Assembly: GCA_051313645.2 (NCBI GenBank)
Contig: JBNRSN020000034.1
Location: 24,180,001 to 24,244,000 of the forward strand
Length of the DNA: 64,000 bases
Reading direction: 5' to 3'
Source of the DNA: Centroscyllium fabricii
Lineage: Eukaryota
In this document: positions 1 to 12,195 of the stretch, in pieces
How positions within the stretch are numbered: the stretch's first letter is position 1
How the letters are laid out: the number at the start of each line of letters is the position of its first letter
The notes under the pieces: generated by a model
Database searches by the model: none
What the model was told of the DNA's origin: nothing
Seen by the model: the letters and a program-made list of their open reading frames with translations, nothing else
Program-made: the position numbers and the translations under genes

Positions 1-169
1 TCAAAATTTCTCGACTTACTCGAAGTACAACGACGTATGCAACTTATGGCCAACGTATGCCAGCGTGCTCTTAATGTATGCATAACGTACCCATAACGTA
101 TCCGACGTAACCCAGCGTTTTAGCCAAATTTGCATACGCTGGCTAAAACGTCTAGGTGTGACATGGCCT
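1..169. mobile_element. PIF/Harbinger-type MITE family A, right end (truncated by window edge)
   Basis: Ends in ...GGCTAAAACGTCTAGGTGTGACATGGCCT followed by TCA; near-identical to the end of the 23316-23919 copy. Confidence 0.85.
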
Positions 170-734
170 TCAGGAGCCCTGGCTGAGTGTTCTTTTCTTC
201 TCCTCTCCCTAGAGTGGGGGCATTGAGGGATTGGGGGGGATTGAGGGATTGGGTTATTGCGGGATTGGGGGGATTGAGGCCATACAGTGCCTTGGCTAGC
301 TCAGTACAAATGGGGCATGGAACCTAGGATCATCTTGGTCCACATGTGTGTATCAAGAAATCGAAAGAGTGACTTAATCTATTGTGGCCACAAAGGCTGC
401 CTGTGTTGAAATGATCTGGTCACAGAATGGAATTAACTATTCGCAGGCATGTAATTACAGCAAATTCTGCAACTCACCAAAAGCATACCACAGGGAAGCG
501 AGGTTTCCAAAGAAAATTACAAATCTTGCTGATCTCGCTCAGAAACCTCAAAAAAATTTGGTCCTTGAAATTTTGCTGCGCGATATTTGTGACATTCACG
601 TGAAATTTCTGCACTTGCTATTGTAACTTATTAAAATAAATGGACAAGACAGCTGCTAATTTCACACATTTCACACAGCTACGTTAAAGCAAAGCGTGAT
701 GCATATTGTAGAGCGCAAACACACCATTCTGTGT

Positions 735-1090
735 GGTAGCTGAGCCACACAGTCCTGGCTGGTCCCAGGTTCGATTCCTTATCAGTGGACACAGCCCCAT
801 AACTCAGCTGGGACCAGCGGAAAAGGCTCTGACCCTGACAGTTTCCTGAGTTAGGAAGGGAGTCAGGTGGTGGGGCAGGGGAGCCCACAAATCGACCCGC
901 TCCTGATTTGGTATTCCGTGACTCCAGTTGGGAAAAAATCGTGCATGCATGGCCATCGAGTGAGGGGCAGGATCGGGATCGGCTGCCACGTGGAATAATC
1001 TGATGGCACAAGCTGCCTACACTTACACAAGAAGGACTGTAGGACAGATCCCAGCATGAGTCAGTGCTGCAGGAGAGAAAGGCAGAAAAA
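735..1090 (+). mobile_element. Old tRNA-derived SINE, AmnSINE2-like
   Basis: B-box GGTTCGATTCC at ~768-778 plus the recurrent body (CTCCTGAT...GTGAGG.CAGGATCGGG). The family name is from recall of the consensus and was not verified. Confidence 0.55.
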
Positions 1091-2146
1091 TCATGAATCT
1101 TTTTCTGAAAGGGGGCCTCGCTGGATTTTTGAGCGTAACCCACTATTGCGATGGCTGCTATGCATCACAGATGCCTCTGAGATTATTCCCGGAGAGGCTC
1201 GCTCCGCCTGAGTTACTCAAAAAGTATAATTTCACAACATTTGCATACCACCCATCAAAAATGAGCCGTGAATTCATGTGTCCCCCAAAGTAGCCTGCAT
1301 TAACCCTGTAATGATCGAGAGACCTTTTAAAAGTCACTGGGGCTTTCTTCTAACAGCATGTGGAACTGACTATATATAGCGAGAGACATTATAAAAGCAT
1401 ATTTTCAGCAATGGCAATGGATGAGAATCTTTCAATTCATTACAGTATTGTAATAAGGGAGAAGTCTGCAATTCCGCAATTACTTTTAACTGTAATCATA
1501 CCTAAAGTAATCTTAGCTTTATCCTAAAATAAATAGGTTTGCACTGCAATATGTAAAATTTATTTACAGCTAATATTTAAGGCTGCTTATTAATGTAATT
1601 ACTGTTATGTTGTACAATGGGCTGATTAGCATGAAAAATCACAGAGGATTAAAGGGGACATTTTTAAATGCCTCCTGAAATATTGATGTTTTACTCTCCA
1701 GTGTCCCGACGTAGGTTAAAGCATCTTCAGGAAACAAGTAAAGGGTTAAAACAGTACCACCGCACCGCACCCCACCCGCCCCCAACCCTCCTCACGGCTT
1801 ACCTAACTGCATTGTAAATATAAGGAGTGAGGGGGACAGGACAATGAGATGCAGTACCATCAGCTACACGCTGCCCTTTTAGCTGTTGTGTCTGAGCCTA
1901 ATGTAATTACCATATGATTGTCTTTCTAAGAGTTTGCCTGAAGAGCGGATTGGTGTAATTATAAAGGCGATGCGGTGGCTTTCAAACATTCTCATTATTA
2001 CTGCTGATTCACCATGTAACCGATATGTCACTAGAACTGGAATGATGTCAGCAGCGAGCAACCAGAAGAGGAGAACTGGCACAAGACAATTACGACAAGT
2101 AAATAACTAGCAAGATGCAAGCCTATGCTTTGATTTACTGGAATTG

Positions 2147-2370
2147 AAGACAGAAAATGCTGGGGAAAAACACAGCGCTTTAGGCAGCATATGAGGAGGC
2201 AGAAACATGAGTTAACAGCTCATCCAAACTGATGAAAGTCTGATGGAAGGTCTTCGACCTGAAACGTTAACTCGGTTTCTCTCTCCACAGATGCTGCCTG
2301 GCCTGCTGAATGTTTCCAGCATTTTCTGTTCTTAGTTCAGATTTCCAGCATCTGCAGGATTTTGCTTTGC
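2147..2370. mobile_element. Penelope-like terminal-repeat remnant, two arms in inverted orientation
   Basis: The left arm (ACAGAAAATGCTGG...GAGTTAAC) is the reverse complement of the right arm (GTTAACTC...CCAGCATTTTCTGT). The centre carries a hammerhead-like motif related to the 3' end of the Penelope fragment at 29125-29160. Confidence 0.7.
2237..2272 (+). ncRNA. Minimal type I hammerhead-like motif (variant core)
   Basis: AGT-CTGATGGA-AGGTC ttc GACCT-GAAA-CGTT-AACT: 5-bp stem II and palindromic AACGTT at stem III. One core position deviates from CUGANGA. Confidence 0.5.
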
Positions 2371-2489
2371 TTTTATTTCCCCCTCCCCCACCGCTCCCCG
2401 TGACCCAATGCCAGTGGCAATTCACTAATTGCAATCGGTCACGGTGAGTGTTCTGATTGGAAAAGCCCAGTCAACGTGTTGATGTGATG

Positions 2490-2890
2490 TTGAGCCCTGC
2501 AGGCCAGGAGGTTCCAGATTTAATACCTGCTCTGTGCTGAGTTACCTGATCTCAAGCGGGTTACTAGAGGTGTATATAATTGGCCTCAGTGGCTCTGGCC
2601 TATGGGGTGAGAGGGAAAAGAAATCAGCTGGCGGGGCGGGGAGAGGGCCAGGGACAGGGACCATCCCTACTCCTGATCCAGTGACCCCCCTACTGGAAAG
2701 TGCATGCATGTGGACGTCAAGTGGGGGTGGGAAGGAGGAAAATATCGGGCTCGACTGTGATGGCCTCCCAACCATTGAACGGCACTCACTCGGTAGGCAC
2801 GCCCCTGAAGAATGGCCATCAGAGTGAGACAGCAGAGTGTCCGAATAGAACGCTAACCCAGCAAGAGCCCTTCTTAAGAATGGCAAATGA
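2490..2890 (+). mobile_element. Old tRNA-derived SINE, AmnSINE2-like
   Basis: Shared motifs TGTGCTGAGTTA.CTGATCTCA, AATTGGCCTCAGTG, CTGGAAAGTG and GAAGAATGGCCA. Confidence 0.6.
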
Positions 2891-3026
2891 ATAAATTACA
2901 CTCTACCGCCCCTCTCCAATTTGTTTCCCCCTCCTCCCCTGAAGGCGCTTATTCCCACTGGGTACAATTGCACGGGCTCTTGCTCAAGAAAAACATCATC
3001 ATATCCTAGGTGTAGAAACAGGAACA

Positions 3027-3854
3027 ATGGCTTATGTTCTTGCGGTCAATGGAACTGAATGTCAGGCACTGCATATAACGGGCGGCCAATCCGATACTGC
3101 CCGCTTTGCACACCGCCGTGAGGAATTTCTAGGCCTTCTAGGTCCAGAACCCGAAACGTTAACTCAATTTCTCTCTCCATTTTCTGTTGTTATTGGAGGG
3201 AACAAAGTAGTACCTATATTGTTAAGTGTGATGGGACCAAAGACTTTCAACCTTTTGCGTACTTTAGTGCATCCAGATAAACCAGGGACTAAACAATATA
3301 GTGAAATAGTGGAGATACTAAAAGGGCATTTCTCACCCAAACCCCTAGTCATAGCCGAGAGGTTTAGGTTCGATAGGCGTAACCAGGAAGAAGGTGAAAC
3401 AGTGACCATGTTTGTAGCTGCACTAAAAAGACTATCAGAGCACTGTGAGTTTAATGATGTGCTAAATGACATTATAAGAGACAAGCTAGTGTGTGGTATG
3501 AGAACTGAAGCCATACAGAAGAGATTATTAACGGGGAGTAATTTGACTCTACAAAAAGCCATTGAAATCAGTATTTCCATGGAATTGGCAGCTAAGGAAG
3601 CTCAACAGTTGGGTGCAACAGAAAAAGTGCACAAAGAACGAACAGAGAGCCCAGGGCCATGCTTCCATTGTGGCAAAATGGGGCATTTTGCGTCTGCATG
3701 CTGGTGTGTGGACATGGATTGCCACAGCTGTGGTAAAAAGGGGCATATTCAGCATGCATGCAGAAATAAAAAGGACCCAGAGAAAACGTCAAAGACAGAA
3801 GGAAGAAAAAAAAAACATTCAGACAAAAGACAAAGAAGCATGTTCACTCTGTAG
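3027..3854 (+). pseudogene. Gypsy gag ORF (275 aa; the first ~54 codons are non-Gypsy flank)
   Basis: HFSPKPLVIAERFRF, RDKLVCG, and the zinc knuckles CFHCGKMGHFASAC and CHSCGKKGHIQHAC. Confidence 0.8.
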
Positions 3855-6800
3855 AACAGGGCAAAACAGAGGCAAGTGACACTTCAGAGGAGGAACAATC
3901 ACTGAACGTGCTGACTGTAGCTGGGGATTCGCAGGGCTACTGGGGCTCACCCTTGCTAGAGGAGCAGCCTGTGCAAATGGAGATCGATACCGGGGCAGCA
4001 GTATCTCTTAGGTCAGAGACAATCTACAAAAAGACATTATAAAGCACCTTCCACTTCAGCCAGCTAACATAGCGTTAAAGACATATACCAGTGAAAGAGT
4101 AGCCGGGCGGGAGAGGCATCACTGAAGTCACCGTTCAGTTGAATGGACAAACTAGGAAGTTACCACTTTACGTAGTTAAAGGAGACCAACCCTCCCTGCT
4201 GGGATGTTCGTAGATGGAGAGAATAAAACTAGACTGGTCATCAGTCTACATGATGTCACACAATGATCCAGGCTTACCCGCCATTTTAAATAAACATGCA
4301 GAAGTCTTTAATGGAGAACTGGGTAGCATGAAAGATATCACTGTGAAGCTTCGTATTAAGCAGGCTAGCAAGCCTAAGTTCCTGAATGCACGACCCGTAC
4401 CTTATATGATCAGAGCAAATGTCGAGGCTGACTTAGAAACCCTAGTTGAAAGCGGAGTACTAGAACCAGTCAGTGTGAATGAATGAGCAACGCCCATCAT
4501 ACCAGTGCTCAAGAAAGGGGGTGGAGTCAGGATATGTGGGGATTTTAAAGTAACTATTAACCCTGTATTGTCAGTGGAACAATATCCGCTTCCCCACATT
4601 GATGATTTGTTTGTGGAACTTGCTGGGGGCCAGAAGTTCAGCACAATCAACCTCTGTCAAGCCTACCTGCAAATGCATGTGGATGAACAGTCACAAGAAA
4701 TGCTGACTATTGTGACACACAAGGGCCTAGTCAGGTATCGTCGACTTCATTTTGGAATCACATCAGCTCCAGCGCTTTTCCAACGTGCTATGGACCAGAT
4801 TCTCAGTGGATTGCCTGAAGTTCAGTGCTACTTAGATGATATCTTAGTTACTGGGTGCGATTACCAAGACCATCTGCGTAACTTGGACGCAACGCTACAG
4901 AAACTGAGGGATTACGGACTCAGAGTTCGCAGGGACAAATGCGATTTTTTTCAGGCATCAGTTGAGTACCTCAGTCATGTGATCGATGCCACAGGCCTTC
5001 ACAAGGCCCCGTCCAAGACCAAGGCAATCGGGGATGCCCCAGCACCTGAAAATATCAGCCAGCTGCGTTCTTTCCTGGGGTTACTGAACTACTATGGATG
5101 GTTCATACCGAACCTAAATGGGAATGGACTAACAAGTGCCAGGAGGCGTTCACGACAGCAAAGGACACGCTCCTGAAGTCAGAGGCTCTGACGCATTTTG
5201 GCCCTTCATTACCAATACAGTTAGCTTGCGATGTATCGTCATATGGTGTGGGAGCGGTCGTTTCTCATATCATGCCAAACGGGAAGGAGAAGCCGACAGC
5301 ATTCGCATCTCGGACTTTGAACAGAGCTGAAACTAACTACACCCAAAGAGAACGAGAAGCACTGAGCATCGTTTTTGGCATTCGCAAGCTTCATCAATAT
5401 TTGTACGGGAGACAGTTCACCCTACTGACAGATCACCGCCCTCTCACGACCACCTTCGGGCCACATACAGGGATTCCATCACTTGCTGCGAGCAGAATGC
5501 AAAGGTGGGCATTGCTGTTGTCTGCACACACCTTTGACATTAGATATCGCAAGTCTGACCTGCACGGCAATGCCGACGGTCTTTTCAGGTTGCCGCTGCC
5601 TGTCACCAAGCCTGTGATGCACAGCATGGGCATCTGCTACTTCAGGCAGGTGGAGAACGCGCCTGTTACTTCGACACAGGCCCGATGAAGCACCAGAAAT
5701 TACCCAGTGTTGTCTGCAGTGCTGGACATCATCGTCAGGGGCAAGCCTGACAGCGATGACCCAAACCTGAAACCATATCTCTTAAGGAGAAACGAACTAT
5801 CGGTGCAGTCTGGATGTTTGCTCTGGAGGAGGAGAGTGGTTATTCCACCATCGCTACAGAAACCAGTGTTACAGCAACTACACTGCGGAATGGTTCATAT
5901 GAAAGAAATAGTGAGGAGCTACTTCTGGTGGCCAGGTATGGATGGACAGATTGAGGACCAAGCTAAAACCTGTTCCTCATGTCAGAGAGTTCGTAATGTG
6001 CCACAGCTTGCACCTCTTCACCCCTGGGACTTTCCGGAGGAAGCATAGCACCGCATTCATGTAGGCTTTGCAGGTCCATTCGAGGAGAGAATGTTCCTGG
6101 TGGCTGTTGACATGCACAGTAAGTGGCCAGAAGTCACTATAATGAGCTCCACTACCGCTGAGAAGACCATTGAGAAGCTGGGTGAGGTGTTCAACCGATT
6201 TGGATCTCTGATGCAACTTGTCTCAGACAACAGTCCACAGTGGATGTCACAAGAAATGGCTACATTCCTGCAGGTGAATGCGTGCAACATATCAGGGCTG
6301 CACCATACCACCCCGCGACCAATGGTCTAGCTGAGAGGTTTATTCAGACCATGAAACACTCTCTAAAGGCATCGCAAGGCCAGGGAATGCTTCATCAGTG
6401 CCTGAATAGTTTCCTGTTGAGTTACAGGAACACACCACATGCGACCACAAAAGCATCACCTACCACTCTACTGCTCAAAAGAGAGGCTATGAACCAACTT
6501 CGACCTGCTGAAACCGCCAAAGGTGAAAGACGTGGTACAGTATCAGCAGGACAAGCAGATCAAGTGACGTGAACAATGCTCCAAAGACAGAGTCTCCAGT
6601 CCAGGTGAACAAGTGTTGGCACGGAACTACAGTGGTGGACCTAAGTGGGTTCCTGCTACTGACATTGCACAGACTGGTCTAGTATCCTACACTGTACAGA
6701 CACCCGAGGACATTGTCTGGAACAGACACACCGATCAGCTTCTACAAAGCGCAGCAACACCCACTGGACCACCAACAGCAGTTTATCTGCCATTGGGTGA

Positions 6801-7017
6801 CGCTGTGGGTCATCCGCCTTCTACACCGAGAGGCTCACCTTCTGAGGAAGCAGCTGCTTCAGCCCCTATCTCATCAGCAAGGGAGACCTGCACACAGGCA
6901 CCTCAGCCGCCTACACCTGTGTTGATGTCACCAGTGAGAGACAATGAACTGGAGAGCCAGGTTGACCGCCAGTATCCTGCCAGAGAGCGGCGGGCCCCTA
7001 TACATTTGAACTTATAG
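3855..7017 (+). pseudogene. Gypsy pol (PR-RT-RH-IN), fragmented
   Basis: ORF pieces 4214-4486, 4505-5176, 5098-5688, 5707-6048, 6091-6330, 6240-6572 and 6613-7017 carry collinear pol motifs; probable TGG->TAG/TGA stops near 4211 and 4484. Confidence 0.9.
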
Positions 7018-7144
7018 TTCAGAGGCTTACCCTTCATCTGGGCAGAATAATCCCCATGGGTATAGCCAGGGTTTGAGGAAGTCTACCCTCACTCCCAAGT
7101 TATTGTGTTTAAAAATGTTGTGGTTCTATTGGGACATCTAATGT

Positions 7145-7340
7145 AAGAGGGGAGGAGATGTTGTGTATTTTGAATGTTGTATTTGAATTGTTCCACATAG
7201 CTTACTGTAGTTGTGATGTGCAATGCACTATGGGAAATAGAGTGCAGTTAGTGGAGAGGACATGCTCACTAAAGATGGCCATTAACTAAACTCTGTCTCC
7301 TGCGTACTCTTTTAATTGTTATACAGACAAGGTTATGAAA
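7145..7340 (+). repeat. Polypurine tract (7145-7158) and 3' LTR starting TG at 7159
   Basis: AAGAGGGGAGGAGA is immediately followed by TGTTGTG; the right LTR boundary is approximate. Confidence 0.7.
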
Positions 7341-7595
7341 CCCCTGAGACTTAACAGACATAATCCTGGAGGTTTCACTGTCCAACCACCCTGTCCCGCC
7401 CAGTAAAACAGCTTTTTCCACATCTACCAATATTTTTCACAAGTAATAAATTCAAGTGTTCAAAGAAAATGAAACAAAAAATCCTTTTTTAACGCCACTA
7501 TGATTTTTCTCCCGGGTGTTGCTCGCAGGGGTGTCCAAGACATTAATCTGTAATTCCTGCAGATTCCAGGGCAATCATGGAGGGTTGACAACCCG
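7340..7595. mobile_element. Old hAT-like MITE, related to 22758-23023
   Basis: Ends GGAGGGTTGACAACCC and shares internal sequence with the 22758 copy; ends resemble a TAGGGTTGCCA-type TIR. Confidence 0.5.
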
Positions 7596-9569
7596 AAGGT
7601 GAACACAGTCGAACAGTGTGCAGACACTCATTTCCAGGCTGACACATGGAAAAGTGGCCACTTGGATGAGGTACCGGGGGTGGGGGTGGGGAGGGTGGTG
7701 GCTGGGGTTGTCGGAACTCAAGAAGCTCTATCCCTGCAAACGTTCAGGAGAGGCGAGGGGGAGAGGGGAAAGCGAGAGGAAAAAAAAGTGCTGAACCCAA
7801 GCACGCAAAGGGTTAATTAGGCTGGGAATTAAAGTTGAACGGTTCTTGAAGTGAGTCTTTAGTTTTAAACTAGGACGTCTGCTGTCATCTGGTAAATCTG
7901 ACAAGGTCTGCATTTTATTTGGACAGTGTTATTAATAATACAGTGATATATGAGTGCTGCATCCTCTTCCTCTCTAATAATAATATTTATGGTACATTTC
8001 CAAAAGGTATTATGCAGTGCCTACCATGTTAAAAAATTCAGTATTCCGAGGTACTAGTGTGTGTGCAGCAGTCCTGTCACAACATTGACTTTGGATCACA
8101 GTACAACAGAGAAGATGCAGGGTGCCACATTGAATTGCAGAAAATTATAATCCCGATCCAGTTTTTCACACAATTCCTAAACACTTCATAACATTCCTAT
8201 ATCATACTGGCCGACTTGAAGGTGTCTATTCTCATTCCCTTCCCACCGTTCTTTCTCTCTCTCTCAGTATCTCCTCCCTCCCCCGCTCCACCTCTACATT
8301 ACACTCCTCACTTCCTACATAAACTCCACTGGTTGGTTCAATCCCCTTGGTGAAAAACACTGCTCTTTCCCACCACATGTGCAAGCAATGTTCCTGCTTT
8401 CAGTGGCGACAAGCTGGAGCCACAGCCTTCCGTTCGAGAGGGAGGGGGGGGTCGAACTTTGCTACGTGTTGCTAAGAACAACACAAACACTGCCTGCCCC
8501 CCACCCACCCTCGCTCCACTGCCCACACTGAACTCATCAGTGGGTCTGAGATTTATTGCAGCTGATGCCAAACTAAGGCTTAATTCACAGCTACCTACAA
8601 TGACACCAGTGATAGGAAGCACAACACTGCTTCCTTATTCTGTTACCTTTTACCCTGCCTGGGACTCTCGACCCTACCCACAAGCTTATCCCCTTCAGTT
8701 CAAGTCAAGACCGTTACAATTTCCTTGCCTGTGATAACATTAAAATAAAAAAATCAATTTACAGATTATAAATATTTTCTCTCTCTTCTCTTGACTTGAA
8801 ACAAATAATTAAACAGGGACTACTTAGAAAGCATTGCTGATTCAGTATACAGTGTTTGACCTCAGTGAATAAGGCAAATGCAGCAACTTGTGAATATACA
8901 GCAATTTTCACATAACAAAACACCTTAAGGTGCTTTACAGGGGTAGGGAGAGTTAGTGAACACCGAGCCGGAGAGAAATTAGGGGAGGTGACCCCAAGCA
9001 CCCACTTGGGAGAGATCAAATCTGAGGAGGCTTTTGAGGGAGGCCGAGAGGTTTGGGGAGGAAGTTCGGCAGGGCTGGAACTTGGTGACTGAAGGCTTGG
9101 TCACTGGGGAAGGGGGAGGTTTGAATACACAGTAGGCCATAGCTAGAAGAGTGAAAGGCACGTGCTGGACACACAAACATTCTGCCTTGTGGTCTCTGAC
9201 ACACAAGCTTTCACATGAAGGTTGTCTAACTTGGACGTGCATCCTGTGAGATTTTCGTTCCGATATTTTCCGGCTGGAATTCGGAATATATATTTTGCTT
9301 CTTCGCCCATCCAGCTTTCTCCGCTGCCTTTCCCAAAGGTCTTGACAAGCGTTGGCGGAAGGTTCCCTGGGTGCCCGTCGGGTTTACTTTACCCACGTGG
9401 GAGTCTTCACAGGTGAGCCTGGTGTCCACAGGGTATTTGAATGAACCCTGCCCACAATCCCAACTGCTGTGTAGTAACCCCTGTTAGAAGGCGCCCCATA
9501 TCCACACATGGCAACAATTGGGAGTGGGAAATCTGACCAATTTCCTCCACCCCTTCCCTATCCCAGTGC

Positions 9570-10005
9570 TCAGGAAAGGTTGAACAGGCTGGGGCCCTTT
9601 TCTCTAGAAAAGAGATGTCTGAGGGGTGACCTAAGAGAGGTCTTTAAGATTATGAAAGGGTTCGATGGGGTAGACATAAAGAAGATGTTTCCATTGTGGG
9701 GGAGTCCCAAAATTAAGAGCCATGAATATAAGATTGTCACTCATAAATCCAATGGAGAATTCAGGAGAATCTTCTTTACTCAGAGAGTGGTTAGAATGTG
9801 GCACGCGCTACCATAAGGAGTAGTTTAGGCAAATAGCACAGATGAACTCAAGGGGAAGCTGGATAAACACATGAGGGAGAAAGGAATAGAAGGTTATGCT
9901 GATAGGGTTAGATGAAGATGGTTGGGAGGAGGCTCATAAACACCGGCATGGGCCTGTTGGGCCGAATGGCCTGTTTCTGTGCTGTACATTCTATGTACTT
10001 CTATA
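9570..10005 (+). mobile_element. CR1/HER1-type LINE 3' end
   Basis: Encodes ERLNRLGPFSLEKRCLRGDLREVFKIMKG...FFTQRVVRMW (CR1 ORF2 C-terminus), followed by the GGGCCGAATGGCCTGTTTCTGTGCTG tail. Confidence 0.88.
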
Positions 10006-10601
10006 TAGTTGTAGCCTTGAGATCATGTGAACCGCATTTTATAAGAATATAGAAATGACAGGTTGTCTTAAAAGAGCTGATGGGACAAACTGCGAGAGTG
10101 GCCACTGAGTCATGGATCACGCTTCATCACAAACCAGCCCGTAGGTGCCTAAAGGGAGAGCCCAGATCAGTGGAATTCTTCACAATTAAATCTGCTGAAT
10201 GGGGAAAGTCTCCAGGGTCCCAGCAACAACAGAGCTACAAGAGGGCTGGTTTCCGAAACACTGCAGGAGCTCGACTTAAATACCAAGCCAGATAATAAAT
10301 TATCTATTAAAATTCAATATTTGTGGTTAATGCCTTTTAATATAATATGAAAAGCATAGGGTTGAACTGGATCCTAGAACAGAGTGGGGTTAACTAGTGT
10401 CAGAGTAGGAGGGAAGCTATTGAAGTGTGTATCCAGCCTCAATACATTAACAGTCTGATTTCCAGTCTGGGTTGAGTTAGCTGATATCAGCCAACTTGAT
10501 CTTAGCAGTTGAGGTGCTACAATTGGCTTCAGTACCCTTGGGCGAGCTCCTGGGCTGCCTATGTAACAGTCACTTCACCTCAACAGTGATTCACTCCATT
10601 T

Positions 10602-10950
10602 CAACAACAACTTGCATTTATATAGCTCCTTTAATGTAGTAAAACATCCCAAGGCGCTTTGCAGGAGTGCAATCAGTCAAAAACTTGACACCCAGCCACA
10701 TAAGGAGCTATTAGGGTAGAGGACCAAAAGTTAGGTCAAAGAGGTAGGTTTTAAGAAGTGTCTTAAAGGAGGAGAGAGAGGTGGAGAGATTTAGGGAGGG
10801 AATTCCAGAGCTTAGGGCATGGGCAGCTGAAGGCTCGGCCACCAATGGTGGAGCGATGAAAACTGGGGATGCACAAGAGGCCAGAATTGGAGCGCTGAGC
10901 TTTCAGAAGGTTATAGGGCTGGAGGAAGTTACAGAGATAGGGAGGACCAA
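10602..10950 (-). mobile_element. L2-type LINE 3' end
   Basis: Minus-strand peptide RSTIGGRAFSCPCPKLWNSLP and the ...GCTATATAAATGCAAGTTGTTGTTG tail. Confidence 0.8.
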
Positions 10951-12195
10951 GAGGCAATTTGGGGCATTTCTGGGGTGCTGTAGAAATGCAAGTCCTCCTT
11001 TGCAGGCCATCAGCCCCCTGCTGGAAAGTGCATATGTATGAACGACGGGGGGAGCAGCGGATTAGACGTGGCTCCGATACCGTCCCGCAACCGTCAACTA
11101 ACCCGCTGACACCCGTTGTGCAGGCTCACACACAAATATGGCCGGGACTATGGGCATCTGTGGAACTCTGGCCAAACAAGAGTCAGATCCTTCAGCAGAG
11201 GAGGTGAGAAGACTGAAGACTGACAGAAAAGCCTATGAAAACAAATCACATATGAAAACCCTAGGCCTTAGGCAGAAAGGTGCGAGGTCCATTGGAGAGG
11301 GGGAGGGGGGCAGGGTTCATGGATGCTAGATTAATATATTTGCAAAAATTGGCAAAAAGAGAAATATTCCCTAATAGGTTCAAATGGCTTTTTTCTAAGC
11401 AATTTCTGAGCAGCAGAAGGTAAGGGCTCCTTCCCCCAAAGCCAACCCACCCCTCCCCACATGCACACAAGAGTGATTTAAACTGGTTTTTGAATAAAGG
11501 AATACATAATGAGGGCTAAACCTGTGAACTATATTGGAGCACTCTCAGTCTGACTGTAGAAGGGACATTATGCCTTTAAGAGTGTGCAAAAACTTAAAGA
11601 GGTGAAATATTTGTGCAGTGAGAAGGTCACCTAAACCTGGATTTTATTCCAGCATAATGGAAAAGGAGGAGGGCAGGGGGTAGTTGGGATCTTGCCAAAT
11701 GTAAGTTAAACTTTTTCACACATTTCACTTCCTGACATTGAAGCTGTCAATCAGTGTCTCCCAACTCCCCTGAGCCACCTCTCCCAGGCTGGTTAGTGGT
11801 AAGAAAACACACATAGAAGGCCAGTCCCTGCATTTGGGCCCTTCTCTGACAGATGCTCTGACTTGCTACTGACAATCCAGTGACAGGAAAGGGTTCTCTG
11901 CAGCTAGTGCCTCTGCCCATTTCTGCATTTGCTGTCAAAATATTTTTTATAAAGCAGGCGTTTGTCAAAATACGTGTTTTCTTCTTTTTTTTTAAATGAA
12001 GAAAACTGGCAGTGTGTGTTGCTGGCTAAAAAAAAACTTTGAAAAATCTGGTTGTATTCTGCCACCCTTAGCCCGCATCTTGCTACAACAGAACGTGTGT
12101 GCGTGCGAAGCACTTTCAGTGATTGCCTTGAGCCTGCTGCTAGTTCCGTGGGTAAAAGCATGGCTGGTGCACACGGGCCAGGACACACGGTGTAA

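Larger units (their letters stand above)
3190..7340 (+). mobile_element. Decayed Ty3/Gypsy LTR retrotransposon lacking its 5' LTR and gag start
   Basis: Domain order gag (two CCHC knuckles), protease (DTG at 3986-3994), RT (YLDD at 4829-4840), RNase H, integrase (HHCC, DDE region), PPT, LTR; several stops and frameshifts. Confidence 0.93.

Noticed and set aside
3806-3816. A10 run as a programmed -1 gag-pol frameshift site
   Set aside because: No clear downstream pseudoknot was seen, related Gypsy elements often have one gag-pol ORF, and pol is dead. A homopolymer indel or sequencing error is simpler.
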